Source of the DNA: Hemiscyllium ocellatum
Lineage: Eukaryota
Assembly: GCF_020745735.1 (NCBI RefSeq)
Contig: NW_026867728.1
Location: 1-64,000, forward strand
Length of the DNA: 64,000 bases
Direction: 5' to 3'
The position numbers and the translations under genes were made by a program. This document shows positions 35,717 to 48,829 of this stretch, piece after piece. Within the stretch, counting starts at the first letter, position 1. Each line of letters opens with the position of its first letter. A model generated the notes under the pieces. It did not search any database. It saw nothing but the letters and a program-made list of their open reading frames with translations, and had not been told where the DNA came from.

Positions 35717-36097
35717 CTTCAACTTCCAGCGTTGTTGGAGACTTTGTTTGAAAATTCTCAATATTGAGCTCTACACAATAGGGATCAGCATCCTCCTGGC
35801 TCAGTCCTTTCATCATTATTGAGACATTGTGGTTGGTGAGACCCCCCACGAATCTGAATCGATTCCCACCCTCGTGCTGTATCACATTCTCACACAGCTC
35901 ACCCTGGGAATGGTCTGGACCAGGATATGTACACTTAAAGATAAAAGCCCGTGTTTCCTCCTTGTACCATAAGATGGAGCCGGTGAGTGTGAGGTGAGTG
36001 TCAGGGTGGGTGAAGCTGCAGGGTAAGACAGCGGAGCCTCCTTCCTCAGCCCTCACTCCATCCGCGACTGTCATTGACCAACCATTAGCAGAATCCG
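35717..36097 (-). pseudogene. Gene B first V-set Ig exon (V1'), Siglec-15-like; essential Arg deleted and donor destroyed
   Basis: WSMTVADGVRAEEGGSAVLPCSFTHP..FKC..GELC..DADPYCVELN; 381 nt vs 387 nt in gene A; GAAG|GTgagg has become GAAG|GAaagg. Confidence 0.85.
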
Positions 36098-36579
36098 CTG
36101 TGAGGGAAGAGGGAGAGAGAGAGAGGGAGGTAGAGTCTGAACACAGCACTGGGACAGACATCAGTGTGTGGAAGTGAAACTTGGAGACTCTATTCTGAGT
36201 ATGTTATTTAGTGAGAACAGGTTAAACAGCTATAATGAGAGGGAGTGAACAAATAGTAATGTAAATTCATGAGCAATCCAATACACTGGGGACAGAGTTT
36301 CTGTTCCCACCATGGCAGCTGCTGGAAATTCAAATCAGTTATTACATCAGGAATTAAACACCAATCTAATGGGAACCATGAAACCATGATCAATTGTTGG
36401 AAAAAATCCATCTGGTTCACTGATGTTCTTTAGAGAAGGGAAATACCGTCCTTACCCAGTCTGACCTGCATGTGACTCCAGTCCCACAGCAACAGATTTG
36501 ACTCTAAACATCCCACATCAATGACAAAGGGAGACACTGAGTTGGACAAAAACAGTATAAAATGTGAAAGGGAAGTTAC

Positions 36580-37800
36580 AGAGATGTGCAGCACCGAAAC
36601 AGACCCTTCAGTCCAACTTGCCCATGCCCATCAGATATCCTGAATAAATCTTGTCCCATTTGCCATATTTGGCCAATACCCCTCAGATCCCTTCCTATTA
36701 ATATACCATCCTTTTAAATGTTATAATTATACCAGCCTCTACCACATCCCCTGGCAGTTCATTCCATTCTCACACCACACTCTGCATGAAAACGGTGTCC
36801 CTTCGGTCCCTTTTAAATCTTGCCCCTCCCACCTTAAACCTGTGCCCTCTAGTTTTGGACGCCCGTACCCTGGAGAAAAGACCTTGACTATTTATCATGT
36901 TTAAATTACGATTTGATGAACACCTTTAAGGTCACCCGTCAGCCACCAACACTCCAGGGAATCTTGCCCCAGCTTATTCAGCTTCGCCCACAACTCAAGC
37001 CTTTCAGGCCTGGTATCATTCTCCTCAATCTTTTCTGAACTCTTTTGAGTTTCACAGCATCTTTGCTATAGCAGGGAGGCCAGAAATGAATGCAGTATTC
37101 CAAAAGTGGGCCAACCAACATCCTGTACAGCCATGACAAGACCTCCTCATTCCTGTACTCAATGCATTGATCAATAAAGGTGAGTTTACCAAATGCTTCC
37201 TTCATTAACCAGTCTACCCTTTGACTCCACTTTCAAAGAACAATGAACCTGCACTCCAAGGTCTCTTTGTTTGGCAACACTCCCCAGTACCTTACCAGGA
37301 AGTGTATAAGTCCTGCCCTGATTTGCCTTAACAAAATGCAACACCTCAAAATTATCTAAGTTAAACTCCATCTGCCACTCCTCAGCCCATTGACCCATCT
37401 GATCAAAGTCCCATTGTTCTCTGTGATAACCTTCTTTGCTGTTCACTACACCTCCAATTTTGGTGTCATCTGGAAATTTACTGACCATTTCTCTGATATT
37501 CACATCTGAGCCATTTATATAAATGATAAGAAGCAGTGGATCCAGCACCGATCCTTGCAGCACACCGCTGGGTACAGGCCTCCAGTCTAAAAAGCAATCC
37601 TGCACCACCACACTCTGTGTCCTATCTTCAAGCCAGTTAGGTATCTATATGGCTAGTTTCCCCTGTATTCCATGTGATCTAACCTTGTTAACCAGTCTAT
37701 CATGCAGAACCCTGTCAAATACCTTGCTGAAGTCCATTTAGGCCATGTCCACCACTCTCCATTCATCAATCATCTTCATCACTCCTTCATAAAACTCAAT
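36580..37800 (-). mobile_element. CR1 LINE RT 3' half
   Basis: The minus ORF reads WRPVPSGVLQGSVLDPLLLIIYINGSD..KFPDDTKIGGVV..DLGVQVHCSLKV. Confidence 0.85.
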
Positions 37801-37806
37801 GGGTCA

Positions 37807-38052
37807 TGTTATGTCTGAACATGTCCTACTGATCCACACATTATCAGGAACTACACAAATGTACAAGAATCCCAATACGATGCCCCCAACACCCAAAGTG
37901 CCTGACAGACTGTTACTCAGGACAGAAGTGAGCCACACCAGGATTCTTCAGTAACAGTTAAATAATTCCATTAATGAATAATTCCAGTAATAAGAGCAGT
38001 GAAAGAAATGGATACCTAATTAATGCTCCTAAACAGCATCCCTTCAAAGCCA

Positions 38053-38099
<47 letters not shown>

Positions 38100-38469
38100 A
38101 AGACAGAGAAAAGATAGACGATTTATATGAGTGACAAAAGAATGTAGACAGGGTAACAGGGTAAACAAAACTCTGAAAATAAAAGTCCTGATCACAAGAT
38201 GGAAGGATCGTTCTCTCTCACAGTTCTTGTGTTTTTTGTAGCAGGAATGAGATGCTGTGTTCCGGACAGTGATGGTTATGCTTCAAATTCAACGGCCATT
38301 CAGGAGAACTTAGAACTTTTCACATGTGACTTCTTTCTTTCCAGATTACTTGTGTTTTCTCTGCTTTTCTCTCCAGTGATGGGGGAGAGGCAGAGCTGGC
38401 TGCTTTCTCTCTGTAGGCCCCAGATACTTTCCACTTTCAGAGACTCCAGGAATATATAACTTTGTAACA
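37807..38469. mobile_element. LTR-like element (TGTTAT...GTAACA) containing a (CA)n tract
   Basis: Short inverted termini; no matching TSD found. Confidence 0.45.
38056..38097. repeat. (CA)n microsatellite, about 21 units
   Basis: Directly visible. Confidence 0.95.
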
Positions 38470-40299
38470 GCACAGTTCAACCAATCAGACAGCAGTTGCT
38501 GAGCAGAATTTTCTGAACTCGAAACATTATCATGAAGTCCGATGACATCAGGTCAAACATGAGCAAGGGAATCTCCGGATGACTACCCACTGCCACATTC
38601 CCCCCACTCCCAGGCTTCTGATCATGTTTATCACCACTTGGAGGAAGCACTGAGGTCAACACTGGCACAGAATGTACTCTGGGTGGGAGACGTCACTGTC
38701 CAACACCAAGACAGACTCAGCAGCTTTACTACTGCCTGAGCTGGTGGAATCTGAAATGACATAGCTCTTGGACTGGGTCTGTGGCGGGTGGTGAGGGAAC
38801 CAACAAGAGAGAAAAGCTTGACCTTGTCCTCAGTCGTCTATCTGCCTATTATAGAATTGGGAGGAGTAACTATCACACAGTCCCACGGAGACAAATTCCC
38901 ATCTTCACACTGAGGTACATCCCCATCATGTATGGCACTAGGCCTGTGTTAAATGGGACAGACTTTGAACAGATCGAGCAAGTCAAGACTGGGATCCCTG
39001 AGACACTGTGGGCCATCAGTACAGCAGAGTGAGCTGTAACACAATCTGTAAGCTCATGGCATGTAATTCTCCCCCACTCAGCCATTACAATCAAGTCAGA
39101 ACATCAATTCTGGTTCAATGAACAATGCAGGAGGTGATGCCAGGAACAGCACCAGCAAACCTGAAAATGAGATGTCAGCTCTAAAACTACTTCTGTGTCA
39201 AACAGCATAAACCACAATTGATGCTCTGGGGGAAGTGATTCCACTGTCAGTGCATCAGATATAAGCTCAGCAGACCTGTCACATGCAGTTATGAATGGGT
39301 GAGGACAATTAAGCAACTAACAGGAATATGAGTCTCCACAAATATCCCCATCCTCAATGAGGGGGGGGCCCTGCTCATCAGTGCAAATAAGAGGGCTGTG
39401 GCATTCACACCTAACTTGACCCAGAAGATGTCCCCAGCATCATAGAAGATTCCTTACCCAGCGGCAAATATAATTCAGTGGGTCAGCATTCACGTGTAGA
39501 TAGGGCTAGGGACAGAAATCATGGGATCTAGTGCTGTTCCTCACACAGCCCCTGGCCCAACCTCCAGGACATACACTCACTTCCACTGACCTGACACAGT
39601 GAACACCCTTCTTCAATCCTGATGTACTGTCCACCCCTGTCCTGGAGAGACCTGACCAAGTAAGGATGGCAGAGACAAAAACAGAAATTGTGGGAAAAAC
39701 TCAGCAGGTATGGTGACATCTGTGGAGAGAAAGTAAAGTTAATGTTTTGGGTCCAGTGACACTTCTTCAGAAATAAAATGATCAAAAACTGTGGACTGAG
39801 AGGAGTGTGAGTCTTGCAGCTGCTCCTGAGATTCAGATTTATTTTCAAATTTACTTCCAGCTTTCTTACATTTATTACATTTCAGTCAGAAAAGCTTTTT
39901 GTTTGATTCACTTTTAGTTATTTTATATTCAATAACACAAAAGAAATTCCCAAAATGGACAGGCACAATTTATTTTATCAAACAGAGTCCTATCAATGGA
40001 CTTTTTGGATAGGCCCACATGTGGGCTGTGGGAAGTTTTGCTGATGGAAAATAATTGCTGAGGGAAGTTTTGTTTCAAACCAAGTTGTGGTCACAGAGCT
40101 CTTGGACAGGTTAACACGTGGTTGGCTCTGGAGTGGGATTTTATTTTTAATCAGAACATTGATAGCTGTCTGCTGACCACTTGTGCTTAATATTAGCTCT
40201 TTTGATAAAGAAATGTAGTTTATTTTAGAGTTAAAATGTCAGTGTAAGTTGCTTCTTTTTTGACTTAATGACATTGAGGACATACAAGAGACACAGAGT

Positions 40300-42810
40300 G
40301 AGATGGCCAGTAGATTTCGAGAGGTGATAACACAGCAGGATCAGTCAGATAGAAGGATGACTGTCAGGAAAGGTAAGAAGGTAGTTCAGAAATCTCTCGG
40401 ACTGTTGAAAGGATAATCTCTCAGGGGAAATTAGAAGGGACAGTCAGATCTCGGGCGCTAAAAATGAACCTTATGTTCAAAGGGATTTGACAACATTTAA
40501 AAGAATAATTGTTGTAGGTGATTCTCCTGTCAAGGCGACAGACAGGAGGTTCTGCAGCAGTGAGCATGGATCTAGGATATTAGACTGTTTTCTTGGTGCT
40601 AGGATTAAGGACATTGCAAAATGTTTGAAGCATACTGTTAAAGGGAATAATGAGAAACTGGAAGTTTTTGTACACATTGATGGGAATGACATAGTTAGGG
40701 AAAGGATTAAGGCTTTACAAAGTAATATCAAAGGTTAGGTCGAAGATTAAAAAACAGACCCACAAAAGTAATAATCTCTGGTTTACTCCCAAAGCCAAGT
40801 TCAGATGAGGGAACAAAAGGATAAAGGAGACAAATCAATGGCTGAAGAGGGATTCAGATTCTTGGATCACTGTGTCCTCTTCTGAGACAGAAAAGACCAT
40901 TCACAAAGGACGGTTTCAACTGTACTGCTTTCGGGAACAATGTGTGAATAAAGAGATTGAGGTTCCAGTCAGGGATAGGAGAGAATCGTACACTAAATAT
41001 AAACAACTGGATCCAAATGGATCTCTTGCACCATATAATGAGTGTCGGGGCATTCATACGAGGGCGATCAGGAAGTCAAAGAAAGGACATGAGATAGCCT
41101 CAGCAAATAAGGTTAAGGATAATCCAAAGGGATTCTATAAATACATTAAGACCAAGACAGCAACAAGAGACAGAGTATAGGGCAAAGAGATTGCCTTTGT
41201 ATTCAACCTCAAGAGCTGGAAGAGATCTTAAGTGAATATTTGTTGTCAGTTTTTACTGTGGAGAGAGAAGTGGAGGTGAGAGAACGCTGAGAAATAAATA
41301 TTGATGTTTTGAAAACCGTTTGCATTACAGAAGAGGAAGGGCTGGAGGTCTTTGAAAATATAAATCTCTGAGCCCTGATCTCATGAATCCCAGGACTTTG
41401 TCAGAAGTTAAGATGAAATTGCTGGGCACCTTGCAGAAACATTTGTATCATCTATAAATACGAGTGAGACGCTGAGTGAGTGGAGAGTGACTAATGTTCA
41501 AGAAGGGATGTCAGGGGAAGCCTGGGAACTTCAGACCTGTGTGTCTGACTTCAGTGGTGGATAAGTTGTTGAAAATAATTCTGAAATTTGGGATTTATAT
41601 GCATTTGGAGAGGCAAGGAATGAATAGGGATAGTCAACATGGGAGACTGATCAACAAGATTAGATCTCATGGAATACAGGGAGAACCAGTTATTTGGATA
41701 CAGAACTGGCTCAAAGGGAGAGGACAGTGGGTGGTGGTGGAGGGATGTTTTTCAGACTGGAGGCCTGTGACCAGTGGAGTGCCACAAGGACTGGTGCTGG
41801 GTCCTCTACTTTTTGTCATATACATAAATGATTTGGATGTGAGCATAAGAGGTACAGTTAGTAAGTTTTCAGATGACACCAAAAGTGAAGGTGTAGTGGA
41901 CAGCAAAGAAGGTTACCTCAGATTACAACAGGATCTTGACCAGATGGGGCAATGGGCTGAGAAGTGGCAGATGGAACTTAATTCAGATAAATGCGAGGTG
42001 CTGCATTTTGGGAAAGCAAATCTTAACAGGACTTATACACTTAATGGTAAGGTCCTAGGGAGTGTTGCTGAACAAAGAGACCTTGGAGTGCAGGTTCATA
42101 GCTCCTTGAAAGTGGAGTCGCAGTTAGATAGGATAGTGAAGTAGGCATTTGGTAGGCTTTCCTTTATTGATCAGAGTATTGAATACAGGAGCCGGGGGGG
42201 GGGGGGGGGGGGGGGGGCGGTCATGTTGCAGCTGTACAGGACATTGGTTAGGCCACTGTTGGAAGATTGTGTGCAATTCTGGTCTCCTTCCTACTGGAAA
42301 GAAGTTGTGAAACTTGAAAGGGTTCAGAAAGGATTTACAAGGATGTTGCCAGGATTGGATGATTTGAGCTAAATGGAGAGGCTGAACAGACTGGGGCTAT
42401 TTTCCCTGGACCATCAGAGGCTGAGGGGTGACCTTACAGAGGCTTACAAAATTATGAAGGGTATGGATAGGATAAATAGGCAAAGTCTTTTCCCTGGGGT
42501 CGGGGAGTCCAGAACTAGAGGGCATAGGTTTAGGGTGAGGGGGAAAGATATAAAGCAGATCTAAGGAGCAAATGTTTCACACAGAGAGTGGTACATGTAT
42601 GGAATGAGCTGCTGGAGGAAGTGGTGGAGGCTGGTACAATTGCAACATTTAAGAGGCATTTGGATGGGTACATGAATAGGAAGGGTTTGGCGGGATATGG
42701 GCCCAGTGCTGGCAGATGGGACTCGAGTGGGTTGGGATATCTGGTCAGCATGGATGGGTTGGACTGAAGGGTCTGTTTCCATGCTATACATCTCTATAGC
42801 TCTATGACTC
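40300..42810 (+). mobile_element. Degenerate CR1 LINE: ORF1 GDS-esterase plus RT
   Basis: IIVVGDSPVK..FLGARIKDI..VHIDGNDI (40487-40738); WRPVTSGVPQGLVLGPLLFVIYINDLD..KFSDDTK (41494-42144). Confidence 0.85.
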
Positions 42811-44000
42811 TAGTGATAGTCAGCATGGTTTTGTGCAAGTGATATTGTGTCTCACAAACTTGATTGAGATTTTTGAAGAGGTAAACAAGAAAATTGATGA
42901 GGGCAGAGGGGTTAACATTGTTTACTTAGACTTTGGTAAATCCTTTGACAAGGTTCCACATGGTAGACTAATTAGTGAAGTTAGATCCCATGGGATTCCG
43001 GGTGAGCTTGGCAAGTGGATGCACAATTGGCTGAAAGGCAGAAGACAGAGAGTGACGGTGGAGGGAGGGTTTTGTTCTGGAGGCCTGTGACCAGCAGGGT
43101 TCCACGGGGATCGGGGCTGGGCCCACTTTTGTCAGTCATTTGTTTTAAAATTTTGATAAGAACACAGAAAGAATGTTTTACAAGTTTGCGGTTGACACCA
43201 ACATTGATGGTACATTGAACAATGAAAGAAGGTTATCTTAGAATACAAAGAGATCGTCATCAAATGGGTTAATGGGCTGAAGAGCGACAGATGGAGTTTA
43301 AGATAAGTGTGAGGTATTGCACTTTGTGAAAACAAACAAAGGCAAGACTTATACAATTAAAATTAGGGCCTTGGGTAGTGCTGTAGAACAGAGACCTTGG
43401 GATTCAGGCATCATCTATATATACGGTGGTTCAGCAGCAGTTGGGATATTATGTTCAGGGTGGACAGGATGCTGGTAAGGCCTCTATTGTGTCCAGTTCT
43501 GGTCACCCTGTTATTGCAAGGATATCATTTAGCTGGAGAGGGTTCAGAAGAGATTTACCAGGAAGTTGCTGAGAAAGTAGGCCTTGAGTTACCGGAAGAG
43601 GCTGGAGCGACTGGGACTTTTCTCACTGGAGTGTGCAAGGTTGAGAGGTGACCTTATCAAGATCGATAAAAGCCTGAGGAATATAGATAAGGTGAATGGC
43701 AGGTGTCTTTTTGCTCAGGTGGGAGATTTCAAGACTGGGGCATATCTTTAAGGTGAGAGGAGAAAGGTTTTAAAAAGACAAAAGGGGCAGTTTTTATTTT
43801 ACACAGAGAGTGGTTCATGTGGAATGAGCTTCCAGAGGAAATGGTGGATGTGGGTACAGTTACAATGCTTAAAAGACATTTAGATAATTTCATGAAAAAG
43901 AAATGTTTGGAGGGATACAGGCCATGTGCAGGCAGGTGGGAGTACTTTAGTTTGGGATTATGGTCAGTGTGGACTCGTTGAACTGAAAGGTCTGCTCCTG
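42811..44000 (+). mobile_element. Second CR1 RT fragment
   Basis: CLTNLIEIFEEV..VYLDFGKSFDKVPHGRLISEVRSHGI. Confidence 0.85.
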
Positions 44001-44997
44001 TGCTGTATGACTCTATAACTGATTATAGCTGGGAAAAGGTTGGTATAGATGCTGAAGATGGGGAGGTGGGTGAGGGGGCAGGAGTAAAAACTCAGTGGGA
44101 AGGGACCCCAGACAGAGAGAAAAACAATTGGACAGACAAAGAAAAGGGGAAAGGTCGGCCTGGGAGAATGAACAGCTGCTGATGGGGACCATGCGTCACT
44201 GACAATGGATTGTTTTGGTCGTAGCCCATGTGATGACAAGGCCTGGTGTGTGGGGGTTGGGGGAAGGAGATAGGAGAAGGTGCTGAGGCACTAAAATTAT
44301 TGACCTCAATATTGAGTCCAGAAGGTCACTGGGTCCCCAAAAGCTGGTGTGTCAATCTGGCAGGCAACTGGATGTTCAGCCTCATTTTTGTGAACGAACA
44401 TTTCTGTTCTGCAAAGTAATCACCCAGTCTGTGTTTTGTTTACCCAATACAGAGTTTGAAGTGGACTGTGCAGAGTTGGTGGATTATGAGCAGCCCTGAG
44501 CCTGCGTGAGGTGGTGCTGATGGAGAGAGAGGGCTCAATATTGTGCGTATGGCAACAAATGACACTGAGTATGAATGGCAGATTTCATTCTCTAAATCAA
44601 GTCACCGTATTCCTACCAGACCATGGGCTGCTTTCTCTTGAGAGAGAGAGAGAAATGTTGGTGGTTTAACCTGAGGGCCACCGCACCTCAGTGAGGGGAG
44701 AGTTGAGAAGGAGGGTCCTTCATGGTCACCTGAGCCAATGTGGGGATTGAACCCACACTATTGGCATCACACTGCTTAGCAAGCCGACCGCCCAGCTAAC
44801 TGAACCAAACTCCAGATTCCCTGAAGTGTACAACTGAATCAGATCAGATTTTCCAAATCTCAGCCATGAGGTTAGCTTTACTTTCAAATTCCAGATTTTA
44901 AAAAACATTTATTCACAGTTCACCTTCTGTTGTGATGGGATTTGAACCCATAGCCACAGACTTGCGTGTCTGGATTGGTCAACCAGCAACAGTAACA

Positions 44998-45876
44998 AAT
45001 GTGTTGCTGGTCAAAGCACAGCAGGCCAGGCAGCATCTCAGGAATAGAGAATTCGACGTTTCGAGCATAAGCCCTTCATCAGGAATCCCCTGCTCCTGCC
45101 CCACCGAACTCATCTCCCAATACCTCGACACGGTCCTGTCCCCTTTAGTCCAAGAACTCCCCACCTACGTTCGGGACACCACCCACGCCCTCCACCTCCT
45201 CCAGGACTTTCGCTTCCCCGGTCCCCAACGCCTTATTTTCACTATGGACATCCAGTCCCTGTACACCTCCATCCCCCATCACGAAGGACTCAAAGCCCTC
45301 CGCTTCTTCCTTTCCCGCCGCACCAACCAGTACCCTTCCACTGACACCCTCCTTCGACTGACTGAACTGGTCCTCACCCTGAATAACTTCTCTTTTCAAT
45401 CCTCCCACTTCCTCCAAACCAAAGGAGTTGCCATGGGCACCCGCATGGGCCCCAGCTATGCCTGCCTCTTCGTAGGATATGTGGAACAGTCCATCTTCCG
45501 CAACTACACTGGCACCACCCCCCACCTTTTCCTCCGCTACATCGATGACTGTATCGGCGCTGCCTCGTGCTCCCACGAGGAGGTTGAACAGTTCATCAAC
45601 TTTACTAACACCTTCCATCCCGACCTGAAATTCACCTGGACCATCTCAGACTCCTCCCTCCCCTTCCTAGACCTCTCCATTTCTATCTCGGGCGACCGAC
45701 TCAACACAGACATCTATTATAAACCGACTGACTCCCACAAGCTTATTCCTGATGAAGGGCTTATGCTCGAAATGTCGAATTCTCTATTCCTGAGATGCTG
45801 CCTGGCCTGCTGTGCTTTGACCAGCAACACATTTGCAGCTGTGATCTCCAGCATCTGCAGACCTCATTTTTTACTA
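44998..45876 (+). mobile_element. Young 5'-truncated Penelope-like insertion: inverted pLTR, RT fragment and pLTR, with a 14-bp TSD
   Basis: TSD CAGCAACAGTAACA at 44984-44997 and 45877-45890. 44998-45086 is the near-perfect reverse complement of 45745-45833. RT motifs TMDIQSLYTSIP, QTKGVAMGTRMGPSYA and RYIDD. The paralogous site in gene B (about 30365-30380) is empty. Confidence 0.92.
45051..45086 (-). ncRNA. Minimal type I hammerhead ribozyme (intact core)
   Basis: AUUC-CUGAUGA-A-GGGC UUAU GCUC-GAA-ACGU-C^GAAU: stem I AUUC/GAAU, stem II, palindromic ACGU stem III, GUC cleavage triplet. Confidence 0.8.
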
Positions 45877-46160
45877 CAGCAACAGTAACAGTATACCACC
45901 ACCTTCCTTTATAACCCATGGGTGAATGCAGGGCGCGGATAAGTCCCACATGGCTGTGATGCCTCACACAGTCAGATGGACACTGTGGGAACGTAGTTGC
46001 ACTGATGGAACTATTCCTGATGAAGGTTGTAACCAAGAGGGACACATCAGACAGTTGCACCTTCCTGTTCAAGGAGATGATCTCAATGTCAGTATAACTT
46101 TGGGGCTTTTGGAGATATAACTGAATGTTCTGAGTCTGTCAATGTCTTTCAATACTGACA

Positions 46161-46171
46161 TCAGAATGCAC
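46161..46171 (-). CDS. Candidate terminal mini-exon of gene A (G-AF*)
   Basis: ctgacatttttAG|GT GCA TTC TGA is in phase with the V2 donor; conserved in gene B. Confidence 0.35.
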
Positions 46172-46445
46172 CTAAAAATGTCAGGACAGCATAGTACATT
46201 AAATATGGACTAAAATTAAATTTGAAACCCAAAGCTAAAACTCTACAGATGGTAGAAATTTTTAATAAACATCAAAATGCTGCAAATACTCAGCAGGGCA
46301 GAGAATACCTGTGGAAAGAAACAGGGTTAATGTTTTAGTTCCATGTCCTTTCACCAGAAAATCAAATCGCAAAACATTCACAGAATCTGTTCCACTCTCA
46401 CTGTGCACCTTCTACAGGCTGAAGAATGTGGGAACGGTTTCTTAC

Positions 46446-46793
46446 CATGTACCTGCAGCCGAGTCTCTTTCTGGATCAGATACTGAGAATCAGGTTCGAA
46501 ACTGTATTCCACCAGACACAGGTAAGTGTGATTGTCCCTCACACTCAGCTGGTGTATCCTGGTCGAGGCGTTTCCCTCCTCTGGGTTCCCGATGAGCTCG
46601 TACCGATTTCCACCGTGTCCAGTTGTCCAAGTTCCCTGTGATTGGGCTGTAAATGTAACAATGTGTTGGCAGGGCTCCTTCCTCATCCAGGTAACAGTGG
46701 ACAGGGGAGGGTAGTACCAGCGACTGAAGATACAGGGTAAAGTAAGTGAATCTCCCTCTGTCCCATTCACCACTGAGACATTTCCTTGAGCAG
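46446..46793 (-). CDS. Gene A second V-set Ig exon (V2), intact, Siglec-like but without the sialic-acid Arg
   Basis: tttcctcAG|CT..CATG|GTaaga; 348 nt, phase 1/1; SLTLPCIF..VTW..RYELIGNPEEGNASTRIHQLSVRDNHTYLCLVE..TRLQV has B-strand Cys, C-strand Trp and DxxxYxC. Confidence 0.85.
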
Positions 46794-48439
46794 CTGAGGA
46801 AAGGACAAACATCAGAATGGATGAGGTCAGTGTGCAGAAGTTCTTATTTCAATATGTTACATTCCTTTCAACTTCACAATAAAATGAACAATTAAAGACT
46901 CCACTCACATCTCTAACAGGTCTGTCCTAGACATTCCCCAACAAGAGTCACCCTGATCAAAATGTCTCCTCGTCACTCAATTTGAAAACCTTGATTACAA
47001 GATACTTCCATGATGTGGGGGTGCCAGTGTTGCATTGCGGTGGACAAAGTCAGAAGTCACACTGCACCAGGACTTCACCTGATTCAGGAGTAGTGCTCTG
47101 AACCTTGTTATTTCAAATAAACCTGTTGGCCTATAACCTGGTGCCGTGTGACCGCTGAAGGTACTTACAGATCGGATCCATTGAACCCTCCTGAATTCAT
47201 TCATGCAGAACCCTCCGCCCGATGCTCAATACTAATATTCTTTAAACAAGGTCAAGGATTTTACAGCCTCCCCCTCACTCTGTTGCTCAAACACATTCAA
47301 AGTATTGACCACACTCTGTGTGAAGGAGAGCCCCCTGGTGTCATTCCTAATGTAACCATTCCCCAGCTCCAACCTGTGACCTTTGAAGTGAGCACAGGCT
47401 AATTTAAACTCAGAGTCCAGATTACATTTTCCTACACTGAGTAAAATATTTGGGTGCAGGAGGAGGGGGATAACCAGCCATGTGCCTCTTTGCTGCATGA
47501 ACTTAAAAGAGGAGCTATGAGATTAAATGTTCTCTCATTCTTATTTAAATCAGTAATCTGTTATTTTGTAATTGTTCCCCTGTTTGACTTCTGTTCACAA
47601 GAGCAAATATCCTCTCAGAATCTGCATTGTCAAGCTCCTCAGGATCTTGAGGAAGGGTCACTCAGCCTGAAACATTAAGTCTGATTTCTCTCCACAGGTG
47701 CTGCCAGACTTGCTTTTCCAACAGTTTCCATTTTTGTTTCTGATTTGCAGCATCTGCAGTTTTTTGTTTGTATTTTCCTCAGGATGTTCGCTGTTTCATT
47801 AATTTCTACTTTTGTTTTATTTGGTCATGGGTGTCACTGGCCCAGATTATGTGCATTTATTGTCCCATCCTGATTGCCCAGGAGAAGCTGCTTTCTTCAA
47901 CTGCTGCAGCCTGAGGTGTCGGGTTTGTCCAGATTAATTGAAGGGATTGAGTTTCAGGACTTTGACCCAGCAACAGTGAAGGAATGCCAATAGACTACAA
48001 GTAGACTCAGACTACACTGCATTGACCAAGGCCCCAATAACAGTGAGAACAGTCCCAGCCCTGTCAACCCTGCAAAGGCCTCCTCAGTAACATCTAGGAG
48101 CTAGTGCACAGACGGGTCGACTAACAGCCTCACATGGTCAAACTCACAGAACCATAACTTACAATATTACAGACACCACGATGACTGTCCCTGGACACAG
48201 CCTGACCCACCACCAGGACTAACCCAGCAGAGGTGGAGGCACAGTGGTATACCATCAGGTGGGAGTTGCCCAGGGACTCCCCAGTATGAAGTTCCCAAGT
48301 TAAAGACTACATTGTAAGCCCATTGAACTTCAATCTGTAACCTCACAATCCACATTAACACCCCCCACACCAACATTCCCGTCAGGCTGGGAGATCAATG
48401 AAGAGACACATGATTTTGCTGCATGCAATACCAGGTAAA

Positions 48440-48660
48440 AGTGAGGGCTGCAGATCCTGGAGATCAGAGTCAGGATTAGAGTGGTGCTGGAAAAGCACAG
48501 TAGGTCAGGCAGTATCCAAGAGCAGGAAAATCACCTTTTCGGGCCGGAGCCCTTCATCAGCTACATTCCTGATGAAGGGCTTCTGCCCGAAACATTGATT
48601 TTCCTGCTCCTCAGATGCTGCCTGACCTGCTGTGCTTTTCCAGCACCACTCTAACCTTGA
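48440..48660. mobile_element. Head-to-head inverted Penelope pLTR pair, each half with a hammerhead-like core
   Basis: - strand GCTGATGAAGGGCTCCGGCCCGAAA; + strand ATTCCTGATGAAGGGCTTCTGCCCGAAACATTGATT (48565-48600). Confidence 0.8.
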
Positions 48661-48829
48661 CTGTGTACAACACCAGGCAAACTGAAATGTGCGAGGCCAA
48701 CACACTGAATCTACAACATCCCCAGGACTACTTGCTCATCAAACAACAGAAACAGCACACAACAGAGCCACCCCATAACCAATGGATCAGATGGCTCTGC
48801 AGTCCTGCTATAGACAGACTTCAGTCAAG

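Noticed and set aside
42194-42217. G24 homopolymer or G-quadruplex
   Set aside because: It sits inside a CR1 where a short G run is expected; probably slippage or a sequencing artefact.
44932-45888. 318-aa ORF as a possible domesticated RT gene
   Set aside because: It is a chimera of flanking sequence, inverted pLTR and a truncated Penelope RT inside a TSD-bounded insertion.
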